From a virus (lineage: Duplodnaviria > Caudoviricetes): 24,604 nucleotides of DNA. How positions within the stretch are numbered: the stretch's first letter is position 1; each line of letters begins with the position of its first letter. A model generated the notes under the pieces. The model was not told where the DNA came from, made no database searches, and worked only from the letters and a program-made list of their open reading frames with translations. This document shows positions 15,438-24,602 of this stretch, piece by piece. Position numbers and translations under genes: made by a program. The DNA lies in IMG/VR virus record IMGVR_UViG_3300021959_006711, positions 1 to 24,604 of that record, one strand, 5' to 3'.

Positions 15438-15943
15438 TACAACAACTCTGTGTAATCAATACTTTCACACTGTCTACTGATATCTTTGACAAAGAAAGCA
15501 CACAGCGGTGATTTTCCCAGAGTGATCGGAACACTTAATAATTGATTATTTTTTATTTTTGGAAAGTGCCATTTAACGTCATTGTAAAAATTAATTACTT
15601 TGATATTTCCAAACTCTGCTTTGAAACCATGCAAAGGATTGAATAAAAAAGCATCAAAACCTCTTTCGCCTAAACTTGTGAGTGGTACCACATCAACTGT
15701 GTGGCTGTTTTCTTTATCACCTACTGCTATATTCCAGTCCAACGGCATAGTTATTTCTTGTCCTGCTATTTCTAATACTATTGCTGGACAACTAAATGAC
15801 TCTACGTATATCATTGGCAAGAAAAAGAAATCAGGTTGTTTTGGATCACTATTGTCCAAAACTGAAAAACGCATGTCTTCGTTTACATGTTCAGGCAATT
15901 TGTTCATCTCGTATGCTGTGTCATCTAATGTTAAAATTCTCAT
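15437..15943 (-). CDS. Hypothetical protein, possibly a degenerate Hint-fold domain
   Basis: 168-aa beta-rich ORF coupled to the helicase stop; see findings. Confidence 0.7.
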   Translation of the reverse strand: MRILTLDDTAYEMNKLPEHVNEDMRFSVLDNSDPKQPDFFFLPMIYVESFSCPAIVLEIAGQEITMPLDWNIAVGDKENSHTVDVVPLTSLGERGFDAFLFNPLHGFKAEFGNIKVINFYNDVKWHFPKIKNNQLLSVPITLGKSPLCAFFVKDISRQCESIDYTELL

Positions 15944-17397
15944 TTTGTGTAATCAACCTTTTCTATTGTAAAAGGATAGTTTGCTTCTTTGTAAAACTTC
16001 TTCCTTTGAGTTAAATGTCTTTTTGCAAATTTACAAGTGGATGTAATATCCCATATTTGCACAAAGTCTTTGTCTTTTGCCTTTCTTATGCCTCTTCCTA
16101 TACTTTGTATCACTCTCACAAATGATTTGCCAGGCTCGATCAATATTAGATTGAAAATTCTTGGTATGTTAATACCTACACTGGCTACGCCATACGTTGC
16201 AATCAACACTTTATTTGTTGCTTCGCTGATCTCATCATATTGCTCTTTCCTGTCTGCTAATTTTGTTTCTCCTCTTACAAAGACACTGTCTTTAATTAAC
16301 TCTTGTAATTTTTCACCTGCTGTAATTCTGTCTACTAAAACTAAAGTGTTTCCGCCAGTGGATATTTTATCAACTAGTTTAGAAACATATGTAACTCTTG
16401 CATCATCTGTAACAAGAAATTTTAATTCTTCTTGATAATTTTTGTGTGCAACTGTGTCAATCATCTGCACAATATTAACATGACAATTACTGAGTACTCC
16501 TTTTTCCTGTAATTCTTTTGCACTTATTTGATTTATTACGGGACCTATGCCTGCCAGTATTGCTTGAAATTCAAATTGTTCTTTGGGCACAGTTCCAGTA
16601 AGTCCCCATCTTATAGGTGCATGATTTAGATGTTGAGTCAGGAGTTTTTTTAAAACTTCTGCTTTCGCTTGGTGTACTTCATCAATGATTACTGTTTTTA
16701 CATCATGTAAAAACTCAGCAAGTGTCACTACTGCATCTCCGTTTTTACTTTTTTTATCAAGTATGTTTAAACTTTGCCACGTACAAATTGTGTGTGTCTT
16801 GTTTAGTTCTTTTCTATCTCCAAAGTAAACACCGACATCTAGTCCAATGTTTACATAATCTTCTTCTGTTTGTGTAACAAGACTTTTATTAGGCACTATC
16901 ACTAGAGTTCTTCCTAACGGTTCGCATAACTTGGATAAACATGCTGTGATAATTGTTTTACCTGCACCAGTGGCAACTTCTTGTAGACTTTGTGGATTCT
17001 TTAAAAAGTTATTGATCACTTCCACCTGATAATCTCTTAATTCAATATTCTGTCCTTCAGCGATGTGTCCTTTGGGCCATGATTTATCAGAAACATAGTT
17101 TTTGTCAATGGTTGCAAATTTCAAATCAACTTTTTCTCTTAAGTCTTCCACTTCATCTATTTCAACACCGTTTTCGTGTAATAATTTTATTATTGTATCA
17201 AGGTGATTTACAAATCCATTACCACCTAAACCAAAGAAACCAACCTTACCATCCCAGCGTCCTAATTTATACTGAGGAAGATATCTTGCGTATGGCACTT
17301 GAAATTTTAATTTATTGGCAATTTTTCTACGTACATCTACAGGAAGATTGTGTATCTTAACATTTACTTCATCCGATATTGTTATTCTACATTTCAT
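15940..17397 (-). CDS. uvsW: SF2 DNA helicase, UvsW-like
   Basis: LRDYQ, ATGAGKT, DEVH, GLTGT, SVGINIP, QSIGRGIR; N-terminal WDGKV..F. Start MKCRI at 17397 (ATGA overlap). Confidence 0.88.
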   Translation of the reverse strand: MKCRITISDEVNVKIHNLPVDVRRKIANKLKFQVPYARYLPQYKLGRWDGKVGFFGLGGNGFVNHLDTIIKLLHENGVEIDEVEDLREKVDLKFATIDKNYVSDKSWPKGHIAEGQNIELRDYQVEVINNFLKNPQSLQEVATGAGKTIITACLSKLCEPLGRTLVIVPNKSLVTQTEEDYVNIGLDVGVYFGDRKELNKTHTICTWQSLNILDKKSKNGDAVVTLAEFLHDVKTVIIDEVHQAKAEVLKKLLTQHLNHAPIRWGLTGTVPKEQFEFQAILAGIGPVINQISAKELQEKGVLSNCHVNIVQMIDTVAHKNYQEELKFLVTDDARVTYVSKLVDKISTGGNTLVLVDRITAGEKLQELIKDSVFVRGETKLADRKEQYDEISEATNKVLIATYGVASVGINIPRIFNLILIEPGKSFVRVIQSIGRGIRKAKDKDFVQIWDITSTCKFAKRHLTQRKKFYKEANYPFTIEKVDYTK

Positions 17398-18665
17398 ATT
17401 TTTTCTATTCCCCATACATGATCATTCCACTGAGCATCTGCATTATCGTAATGAATGGTGAGATCATACTGATGTATTAATTTGTCTATTTTAGCAAAGT
17501 GCCTAACAGATCCTAAACTTAACACACATTCAGGCTCCCAAATCTCTTTCATTACGTCTTTAGGAATCTTCTTATTATTAATATAAACTATTTTTGTTGA
17601 TAAATCAAGTTTATTGTTTATCTTTTGTGATTTAACATAATCATTAAATTTCGCACCTTCTTTTTTGTTTTCTTTTCTGAATAAAACCGAAATTTCATTA
17701 TCAGAAAAAATATTTTTGGTAATGTTGTGAAAATTTACCAATTGATCCAAAGGGTTCTTGTCATCCAAAATTACCAGCAGTGGAAATCGATGCAACTGTA
17801 TTAGGCTGTCTACAATATTAATTAGTGATTGTTCTTTTTGATCTATTTGTATTAAACTGCTTGTTCTACCCATTATTTTTTTCGACAACGGACTCAAAGA
17901 ACTTTGTGAGGCATGTAGATGTGCTTCGTCAACATGATCGAGTCCAATCTGGACTCTTTTGTCATAATACAGATATAAATTTTCTAGATTAGGTTCTCCT
18001 AATTTATCTATTAAAGGTTGTGCTATAATAGGTGTAATGTTTTTAATTTTAAAGTTGTAGATCCCTGGCACATAATCTTCTTTGTGTAGATTGAAGTTTT
18101 CAATTTCATTATATATTTTTAGTACATCTGAATCAATATTCTGAATTAAATTTTTAAAAAGACTGACTGTTTTGTAAATTATTTTTTCGGTAAAAGGCAG
18201 TATATGTTTGTAATTGTCTGACTTGTAGTGTTCTGAAGGAAACAAAATTAATTTTTTAATTTCTCCAATAAGTTTACTATACTTCATATTGAATGGAAAC
18301 CTCACAACTAAACATTTGCCTGCATTTTGATGGTATTTCCATCCTGCACCGTCTGTGTTATCGGAATAATTTTCTATTGCAATATACTCACTTCTGTCTA
18401 TTTTTCTCAATGGCAATCTTAAATTGTTGACACTGCTTTCAATGTCAACATCTTTTTCAATAAAGTCTTGTTTATATCCTGTTAGTAATATTTTTTTGAT
18501 TACTTCATATTGTCTATCAGACAATGCCTTACCTTTAAAAGTTGAATAAGCAATGCTGGTCAAAATTCTATGGTCTTTTTCGGCAATAGTAAAGTTTTCA
18601 AAGTCCTTGCTTTTTAGCAAGCCGCTCATTAACTCTATACAGTCTTCTATTTTGAAAATACGCAT
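17394..18665 (-). CDS. Hypothetical protein (423 aa) co-transcribed with the helicase
   Basis: Long ORF with ALSDRQY and VRFPFN motifs; has its own sigma70 promoter. Confidence 0.8.
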   Translation of the reverse strand: MRIFKIEDCIELMSGLLKSKDFENFTIAEKDHRILTSIAYSTFKGKALSDRQYEVIKKILLTGYKQDFIEKDVDIESSVNNLRLPLRKIDRSEYIAIENYSDNTDGAGWKYHQNAGKCLVVRFPFNMKYSKLIGEIKKLILFPSEHYKSDNYKHILPFTEKIIYKTVSLFKNLIQNIDSDVLKIYNEIENFNLHKEDYVPGIYNFKIKNITPIIAQPLIDKLGEPNLENLYLYYDKRVQIGLDHVDEAHLHASQSSLSPLSKKIMGRTSSLIQIDQKEQSLINIVDSLIQLHRFPLLVILDDKNPLDQLVNFHNITKNIFSDNEISVLFRKENKKEGAKFNDYVKSQKINNKLDLSTKIVYINNKKIPKDVMKEIWEPECVLSLGSVRHFAKIDKLIHQYDLTIHYDNADAQWNDHVWGIEKI

Positions 18666-18671
18666 TCCATT

Positions 18672-18700
18672 ATTATAATGGATTTTGGTTAAAAAGTCAA
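18672..18700 (-). promoter_or_regulatory. sigma70 promoter (leaderless geometry)
   Basis: TTGACT-17 bp-TATAAT; 6 nt from the -10 box to ATG 18665. Confidence 0.75.
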
Positions 18701-19522
18701 TCGTGAAAAAGGAATGCCTTGTGCTATTTCTTCAATAGTCCACTCTGTATGTGTGTAATCGTTGAGCCATTGCTGTCTATCAGGGGTCTTTGGGCTGTTA
18801 ATGGTGCTGAAATCTGTGTTTCCAACATCGTATGCTAGACTTTGTTCACCCACAAACGCAGGTACGCCATTCAATACAGCATGTATGCCTGGGTTACTGC
18901 TGTGGCTGACAACTGCCCAAGCATTGGAAAAATTTAAGTCAAAATCATCATATGTGTTTGCAATTTGTTTTGGAACTTCGTAACTGACATTTTCTAATAT
19001 AGGTGGATTTTGTAATGGACATCTTGGATGAGATCTCACAATTATTTTTCTATCTGTGTGTTGTCTTATTTCTTGCACAGTGTTTTCGACGTATCTAGGT
19101 AGTGCAGGCATATTGGCCCACTGTTCACTTTTGTCGTGTTGTAGACACAGTAATATGTGTTCGCCTTGATTGCGCCAAGGACGCAAAGTTACATCTAATT
19201 TTTTTGCTCTTGCATCATCATTATTTTTAGGACCAAAGTCTCCTGATCTATTGATACCATTTATACCCACTTTCCATGTGTGATTTCTTTTGATTCCGCC
19301 CACTTCTAAAACCAAGACATTTTTATTTTGTTGTCTGAAATGACTCCATATGGATTTGTTGCCAGACATTCTGCCATGCCAAAGCAATGACCAAATGACA
19401 GGAATGTCACAGTGATCATCAATAACCACAGTGTGTCCTAATGCAGTTAGTCCTTTTTGTACAGCATCAAACACAGGTTTGCTGTTTAATGATCCATGTT
19501 TGCGGTAAAGTCCAAATTTCAT
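18689..19522 (-). CDS. GT-B-like / capsule-modification (KpsS/KpsC-like) glycosyltransferase
   Basis: LCLQ..KSEQW, IIVRSHPR, AVVSHSSNPGIHAVLNGVPAF. Start moved to MKFGLY (19522). Confidence 0.65.
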   Translation of the reverse strand: MKFGLYRKHGSLNSKPVFDAVQKGLTALGHTVVIDDHCDIPVIWSLLWHGRMSGNKSIWSHFRQQNKNVLVLEVGGIKRNHTWKVGINGINRSGDFGPKNNDDARAKKLDVTLRPWRNQGEHILLCLQHDKSEQWANMPALPRYVENTVQEIRQHTDRKIIVRSHPRCPLQNPPILENVSYEVPKQIANTYDDFDLNFSNAWAVVSHSSNPGIHAVLNGVPAFVGEQSLAYDVGNTDFSTINSPKTPDRQQWLNDYTHTEWTIEEIAQGIPFSRLTF

Positions 19523-19538
19523 TGTAAATACATTTATT

Positions 19539-20366
19539 ATGACCAAATATTCTGTTGTTACCACATTTAACCAAAAAGGTTATGATGTGTACGCAAATAA
19601 ATTTATCAAAAGTTTCAACGACAAAGTGGATAATAGAATTCCCCTCACAGTGTATGCAGAAGATTGTTCTCCCACAGGAGATTCAAGAACACTGATTTTT
19701 GATGCAAAACAATCACTGGATAAATTAAACGCATTCAAGCAAAAGTGGGGTTCGATACCAAAAGCCAATGGCAAATGTCCACCAGAAATCAAAGCCAGAA
19801 GACCCAAAGATTGGCACAAAGAATTCAAATGGGACGCAATTAGATTTTCAAACAAAGTGTATGCCATATTTCACGAAGCCCGACGCACAGATGCTGACAT
19901 ACTGATATGGATGGATGCCGACAGCATTGTTCACAGCACAGTCACGCAGAAAGATTTTGAAAGAATGCTACCTTCATCTTTTGATATTCATTATCTAGGA
20001 AGAGGAAAAAAATGGCCAGAGTGTGGATTTTATGGAATGAATTTACGTTCTTCAATGTGTCAAGATTTTCTAAAACAATTCGAACAAATGTATGATGATG
20101 CAGAAAAAGGAATATTTACATTAGATGAATGGCATGATTCTTTCGTGTTTGATGCTGTATTAAAAAGACACAAACAAAAATTTCCTACCAGTGCTATTAA
20201 AGATTTTAGTGGACATCTTATAAGTGGAGAAGGACATCCATTAATAAATTGTGAATTAGGAGCATACTTTGATCATCTAAAAGGCGACAGTAGAAAAGCA
20301 AAAGGAAAAAGTTTGTCTACTGATTTAAAAATTACTCGGGTTGAGAACTACTGGAAGCAGGTTTAG
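19539..20366 (+). CDS. GT-A-like nucleotide-diphospho-sugar transferase
   Basis: VVTTF, RFSNKVYA, WMDADS (DxD), ECGF, EWHDSFVFD, DHLKG; TAAATA at 19525-19530. Confidence 0.7.
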   Translation: MTKYSVVTTFNQKGYDVYANKFIKSFNDKVDNRIPLTVYAEDCSPTGDSRTLIFDAKQSLDKLNAFKQKWGSIPKANGKCPPEIKARRPKDWHKEFKWDAIRFSNKVYAIFHEARRTDADILIWMDADSIVHSTVTQKDFERMLPSSFDIHYLGRGKKWPECGFYGMNLRSSMCQDFLKQFEQMYDDAEKGIFTLDEWHDSFVFDAVLKRHKQKFPTSAIKDFSGHLISGEGHPLINCELGAYFDHLKGDSRKAKGKSLSTDLKITRVENYWKQV

Positions 20367-21312
20367 TGGCCCACTTTCTCATGTGAAGCCAACATTTTCC
20401 TCGTTTCACTTCATCCAAAGTCCAATGCATCTGAGCCAGTCTTTCTACAAATAGTTGCCTATCGAACTCTTTATGATCTTCAATTTCATTGAAAGAATGA
20501 TGAGAAACTGTGCTGGATTGAGCATTGACCGGATCGGTTAGGAAAGTAGGAATACCTTCAATCACGCTGGCACAAGTCGGACTGCTGTTATGTCCTACTA
20601 AAGAATGTGCTGTATAAAAATCTTCTTCCAGTTCTCTAGTGGCACTTATAAAAATATCTTTGAACACTCCAGGATCTCTTTTTGACCAATTGGCAATGGC
20701 TTGTCTGTGTTGGGCTGTATTTTTATCACCGGGATGAAATCTAATCAATATTGATCTGTCAGTTCTCATTCTTAATTCTGTGATAACGTATTGTAGCCAG
20801 TCTTGCACTGATCTTCCGTCCATGCTCCAACCGCCGTCACGTTGACAGCAAATCAATATGTGTCCGTCTTTTTGATTCAATCTCCAAGGTTTTAATTCAA
20901 TGTTTAAATCTTTGCTTATAATTTTCCATCTTTCTGGATTAGGGGTATTGTTACAGTATTCTGCTGTGTGTGGAAAAATGCCATCATATCCATATCTTAG
21001 ATAGCCTCTAGTCTGTGCAGGATCTTTCCACAGAAACAAACTGCTGTCCACTATGACACAACGTTTATTTTTCCGTATTTGATTTTCATAAATTTCTTTA
21101 CGCAGATTTAAATGAGTACTGTTTTTACTGTTTTTATGAACAAACCCTTGTATAACTGCCACATCTGCATCAATCACAGATCGTGAACTTGTTACCATGC
21201 CTTTGTCACCGCAACGATTGACACCTTCGATAAAATTTCTAATGATCATAGGCTTTTGTGGATTTTTATTTCCAGGAGGTATCACTTTCATGTATGCAAT
21301 TACTGAAATCAT
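20332..21312 (-). CDS. GT-B-like / KpsS-like glycosyltransferase paralogue
   Basis: LKPWR, ILICCQ, ILIRFHPGD, HNSSPTCASVIEGIPTF. Confidence 0.65.
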   Translation of the reverse strand: MISVIAYMKVIPPGNKNPQKPMIIRNFIEGVNRCGDKGMVTSSRSVIDADVAVIQGFVHKNSKNSTHLNLRKEIYENQIRKNKRCVIVDSSLFLWKDPAQTRGYLRYGYDGIFPHTAEYCNNTPNPERWKIISKDLNIELKPWRLNQKDGHILICCQRDGGWSMDGRSVQDWLQYVITELRMRTDRSILIRFHPGDKNTAQHRQAIANWSKRDPGVFKDIFISATRELEEDFYTAHSLVGHNSSPTCASVIEGIPTFLTDPVNAQSSTVSHHSFNEIEDHKEFDRQLFVERLAQMHWTLDEVKRGKCWLHMRKWATKPASSSSQPE

Positions 21313-22103
21313 TTTAAATCATATTCCTTCATAATCTTCATTGCGATACCGTGTTCCAGTTCAAAAGGAGTGTATTGACAATAGGATAACCATTTTAACC
21401 AATGTCTCACTTGATCAGGATTTGGTCTGTATGCTGATTCAATTCTAGACAGATCTTTTAGTGTTACATAATCAGCGGCAGTGGGTGCTGTTGCAAATGC
21501 AGGCACTCCATGACACACTGATTCAATTGCCGCTATGGATTGATAGGTCACCACAGCGTAGACATTGTCGTTATCCAATTGTGCAAATAAACTGTTGCCT
21601 CCTACTCTTTCTCTTCTCAATCCTTTATCTCTTATAATGATTGGTCTGTCGGTGTGCTGTTTTAATTTTGCTGTGGTGTCGTCTATCCATTGCTGTCTGG
21701 TGATACCATAAAACTTGCAAGGTTTTTCTGATGGTGTAACCAAAAGAATATTTTTGCCTGCAGGTTTCCATCCTTTAAAATTGACTTCTGGATGCCTTTG
21801 TGAATATCTTTTAAATCGATCATCTGGCACGTCCTTCACTTGAGTGTGTTGTACATTATTTCTGACCAATCTATGATAATGTTTCTTTTTGATTAAGTTT
21901 CCGATATAACCTGTGTCTAAATAGTAAAATTCTCTTTTGCTTTTCCAACAATCATGGATTATTTTGCCTTTGGTCATACCACGCAACACAACTGGATTGT
22001 TCACCGGAGTTTGTTTCACTGTCTCCCAAACACCGTACTCTGCTTCAGTACCTTTCATAAAGTCCTGTATGATACGGTCTTCGTGATCGAGTGCATAGAT
22101 CAT
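21309..22103 (-). CDS. GT-B-like / KpsS-like glycosyltransferase paralogue
   Basis: YYLDTGY, TDRPIIIRDK, VVTYQSIAAIESVCHGVPAF, LSYCQYT. Confidence 0.65.
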   Translation of the reverse strand: MIYALDHEDRIIQDFMKGTEAEYGVWETVKQTPVNNPVVLRGMTKGKIIHDCWKSKREFYYLDTGYIGNLIKKKHYHRLVRNNVQHTQVKDVPDDRFKRYSQRHPEVNFKGWKPAGKNILLVTPSEKPCKFYGITRQQWIDDTTAKLKQHTDRPIIIRDKGLRRERVGGNSLFAQLDNDNVYAVVTYQSIAAIESVCHGVPAFATAPTAADYVTLKDLSRIESAYRPNPDQVRHWLKWLSYCQYTPFELEHGIAMKIMKEYDLK

Positions 22104-22107
22104 TTGA

Positions 22108-22287
22108 TTATATGGTCCAATCTTTCTGTTGTTGTTTTGTGGGTTTGTGTGCTTTTACTTTTTCAACTTTACCACCTTTGGCTAAAAATTCTTTCATTTT
22201 AGCATCCAGTTCCTTTTGTTTTTCTTGAGGAGTTTTTTCAATTTCTCCTGCAATGTAGGCTCTGTTTATTCCCATGTGTTTTGGCAT
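22108..22287 (-). CDS. 59-aa protein with a SutA-like RNA-polymerase-binding motif
   Basis: Not in the ORF track. RBS AAGGAG; MPKHMGINRAYIAGEIEKTPQEKQKELDAKMKEFLAKGGKVEKVKAHKPTKQQQKDWTI. Confidence 0.7.
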   Translation of the reverse strand: MPKHMGINRAYIAGEIEKTPQEKQKELDAKMKEFLAKGGKVEKVKAHKPTKQQQKDWTI

Positions 22288-22288
22288 A

Positions 22289-22981
22289 TTAGTCTCCTTT
22301 CTTTGAGTTCATCATTGTGTTTAAGTAATTTTTCCAAACGTCTCCGTATTCGCAGTGTCTATAGTTTTTAAACCAAGGGCCGCCTTCTGTGTAGTGCAAG
22401 GCTTTGGGCTCACCATCTTGTGGTGCTTTGTACCAGCCCACAAGCCAATTCCATTCATGACTGAGTGATCCAATTTCTTCATCTTTTAACCATGAAAATC
22501 TATGGAAGTATGCTCCGTCATAATTGGGATTGTTTACTAAATCCACTGTTAACTTTTCGTTTGATTTGTGTCCGCAGTTGTACAACACAACTGATGACCA
22601 ATTTTTCCTAGGATACACAGTTTGCTTTTGTCCATCCATTTTTATTCCAGGTTTAGGTGTGTAGTCATGTTGTACACACATCACAGCATATTTGTCATCT
22701 CTTTGTTCAAATAACTTTTGCACATCTTCGTTGAACACAATATCTGAGTCACAGAACAATGCCCAGCCTTCATAATTCATTAATGCAGGAATTAAAAATC
22801 TTGTAAAAGTAAATTCTGTGGAACCCAGTTTGTCTTCATTTCTCCAATACCATTTTTCCTGTCTCAAACGATGTTGATTCAATGGCACCACCTCGGCTTT
22901 TATATTCTTAGAAATGATAGAGTGTTCGCACACTTGATAAGCAATATCTTCTCTGGTATCATATCCCACAAACACTTTCAT
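22289..22981 (-). CDS. Glycosyltransferase (GT8-like, GT-A fold)
   Basis: FVGYDTRE..AYQVC..SI, STEFTFTRFLIP, FCDSD, YPRKNWSS, EWNWL, HYTEGGPW. Confidence 0.85.
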   Translation of the reverse strand: MKVFVGYDTREDIAYQVCEHSIISKNIKAEVVPLNQHRLRQEKWYWRNEDKLGSTEFTFTRFLIPALMNYEGWALFCDSDIVFNEDVQKLFEQRDDKYAVMCVQHDYTPKPGIKMDGQKQTVYPRKNWSSVVLYNCGHKSNEKLTVDLVNNPNYDGAYFHRFSWLKDEEIGSLSHEWNWLVGWYKAPQDGEPKALHYTEGGPWFKNYRHCEYGDVWKNYLNTMMNSKKGD

Positions 22982-22984
22982 ATA

Positions 22985-23701
22985 CTATAATTTAACCTCA
23001 AATCCGTTTTCATCTAGGAACTTCTGAACTGACCATTTGGGTTGCCATCCTAATTTTTTCATCTGTGTAGGATCTGCTTGGGAGTGCTGTCTCTCTAAAA
23101 TAGATCCTTTTTTAATTGGCAAATTGGGTGCTATATCTTTTACATAGACTGATTCTCCGGTACCTATATCGATTGATCCTGTGAAGGTGCTGTCCATCAA
23201 AATTATTATTGCTTGGCAAACATCTTCTATGTGTACAAAATCTCTACTGTGATCAGTGACATATTCCAAAGTACCCATGAGCAGTCTATCAAAGAACATG
23301 CCTTTCCTGTTTGTTGCACCATACACTGTGTGGAATCTCATAGCAACACTGTTGCTGTGAGGGATTTTTTCTATTATGTGTTTAGATGCGGCATAAGGAT
23401 TTAGCCACGGTTCATACTGTGTGCTTGAACTTGCAAACAATACTCTTTGATTTTTATAATTTTTTAAAATTTTTTGTGTGGCAATAACGTTGTTATCCCA
23501 ATATTGTTTTGGATTTTCCATTGATTGTCTTACTCCACCTATGCCTGCGAGATGAATCACAAGGTCCACTTCAGGCAGTTGTGCTGACAAAATATTGGTA
23601 TTGTCTTTAACATCTATTCCAACAATAGTGTGTTTGTTAGATAATTTTTTAGATAGATGTTGACCTATGAATCCTTTGTGTCCAGTAATCAAAATTTTCA
23701 T
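22985..23701 (-). CDS. NAD-dependent nucleotide-sugar epimerase/dehydratase (extended SDR)
   Basis: TGHKGFIG, HLAG, FASSS, YAASK, RFHTVYG, RDFVHIED. Confidence 0.9.
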   Translation of the reverse strand: MKILITGHKGFIGQHLSKKLSNKHTIVGIDVKDNTNILSAQLPEVDLVIHLAGIGGVRQSMENPKQYWDNNVIATQKILKNYKNQRVLFASSSTQYEPWLNPYAASKHIIEKIPHSNSVAMRFHTVYGATNRKGMFFDRLLMGTLEYVTDHSRDFVHIEDVCQAIIILMDSTFTGSIDIGTGESVYVKDIAPNLPIKKGSILERQHSQADPTQMKKLGWQPKWSVQKFLDENGFEVKL

Positions 23702-23706
23702 ACTTT

Positions 23707-23735
23707 ATTATAAAGAAATAATTTTGATTTGTCAA
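23707..23735 (-). promoter_or_regulatory. Consensus sigma70 promoter (leaderless geometry)
   Basis: TTGACA-17 bp-TATAAT; 5 nt from the -10 box to ATG 23701. Confidence 0.75.
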
Positions 23736-23745
23736 CGATTCAAAT

Positions 23746-24522
23746 CTATAACTTGCCCTCTGACCGCATTTTTTTTCTTATTTCGGTAGCAGAAATCTTT
23801 TGGATTCTTTCTGGTAGTTCTATTTCTTCTATTTTATATCCTACTCCTCTTCCATAACATATATTAGTTATGTTAGATACCATAGTTATTTTAAATCTAT
23901 TTTTATAGTTTGTTAATGCCTTCTCTATATTAGTTTTAACAGTATAAAAATCAAATGGATTATCACCTATGTTTAGTACATCTCTAACCATAATTTCTAC
24001 CTGTCCTGTTTTCTTTATGATTTCTTCAAACAATGTTTGATGTCCTTCGTGCCAAGGTTGCCATCTTCCTAACATTTGTGCTGTTGGTTTTCTATTATCC
24101 CACACGTAATCTTGTATTTCGTCGGCTATTCTTATCGCCCATAATTCTGCATTTTGAGTTGGAACTCTAAAGTCATAAGTTTCTGGTGGCACAAACATTT
24201 TATTGGTGTCTTCAAATCTACCTTCTTTGATAGTGTCTATCCATACTGTGTAGTCAGCACCAAAGTCTTCTCTTGTTTTAGGTGTTGGACACACAAAATC
24301 TGCTATGACGTGTTTTCCTGAATCTAAGGCTTGCTGTGACAGAGTTTTCATTCTGTGTGCTTGTCGTAGTCTACCTTCGGGAGTAAAATCCCAATCGTTT
24401 GCTTCTTCTCTGACTTTGTCAGCATTTAACCAGACAGCATCAATCAGCGGAGCCAATTTATCTGCTAGGTATGATTTGCCTGATCCAGGCAAACCCATTA
24501 TTAATATTTTGTTGTGTTTCAA
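23746..24522 (-). CDS. Fusion of an adenylylsulfate-kinase-like P-loop domain and an HxGH cytidylyltransferase-like domain
   Basis: GLPGSGKS, NADKVR, DFTPEGRLRQ, DFVCP; then LGRWQPWHEGH, YGRGVGY, ISATEIR. TTG start. Confidence 0.85.
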   Translation of the reverse strand: MKHNKILIMGLPGSGKSYLADKLAPLIDAVWLNADKVREEANDWDFTPEGRLRQAHRMKTLSQQALDSGKHVIADFVCPTPKTREDFGADYTVWIDTIKEGRFEDTNKMFVPPETYDFRVPTQNAELWAIRIADEIQDYVWDNRKPTAQMLGRWQPWHEGHQTLFEEIIKKTGQVEIMVRDVLNIGDNPFDFYTVKTNIEKALTNYKNRFKITMVSNITNICYGRGVGYKIEEIELPERIQKISATEIRKKMRSEGKL

Positions 24523-24602
24523 GTTTGTGTTCCGATAGTTCGTCTTTCAATATCATCATGATTGAACTCTGCCCAATACAATTCAAAGGCAACTCCGTCT
24601 TT
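24519..24602 (-). CDS. C-terminus of a probable cupin-domain protein (partial)
   Basis: ...KDGVAFELYWAEFNHDDIERRTIGTQT*; the stop overlaps the TTG start of the next gene. The cupin call rests on recall of a phage family. Confidence 0.55.
   Translation of the reverse strand, partial: KDGVAFELYWAEFNHDDIERRTIGTQT

Noticed and set aside
741-24538. Numerous antisense or alternate-frame ORFs in the track (e.g. 741..923, 1915..2193, 3213..3530, 5991..6188, 7372..7674, 8810..9193, 15600..15971, 16037..16435, 24305..24538)
   Set aside because: They lie within or opposite well-supported genes, lack RBS or motifs, and read like shadow frames.
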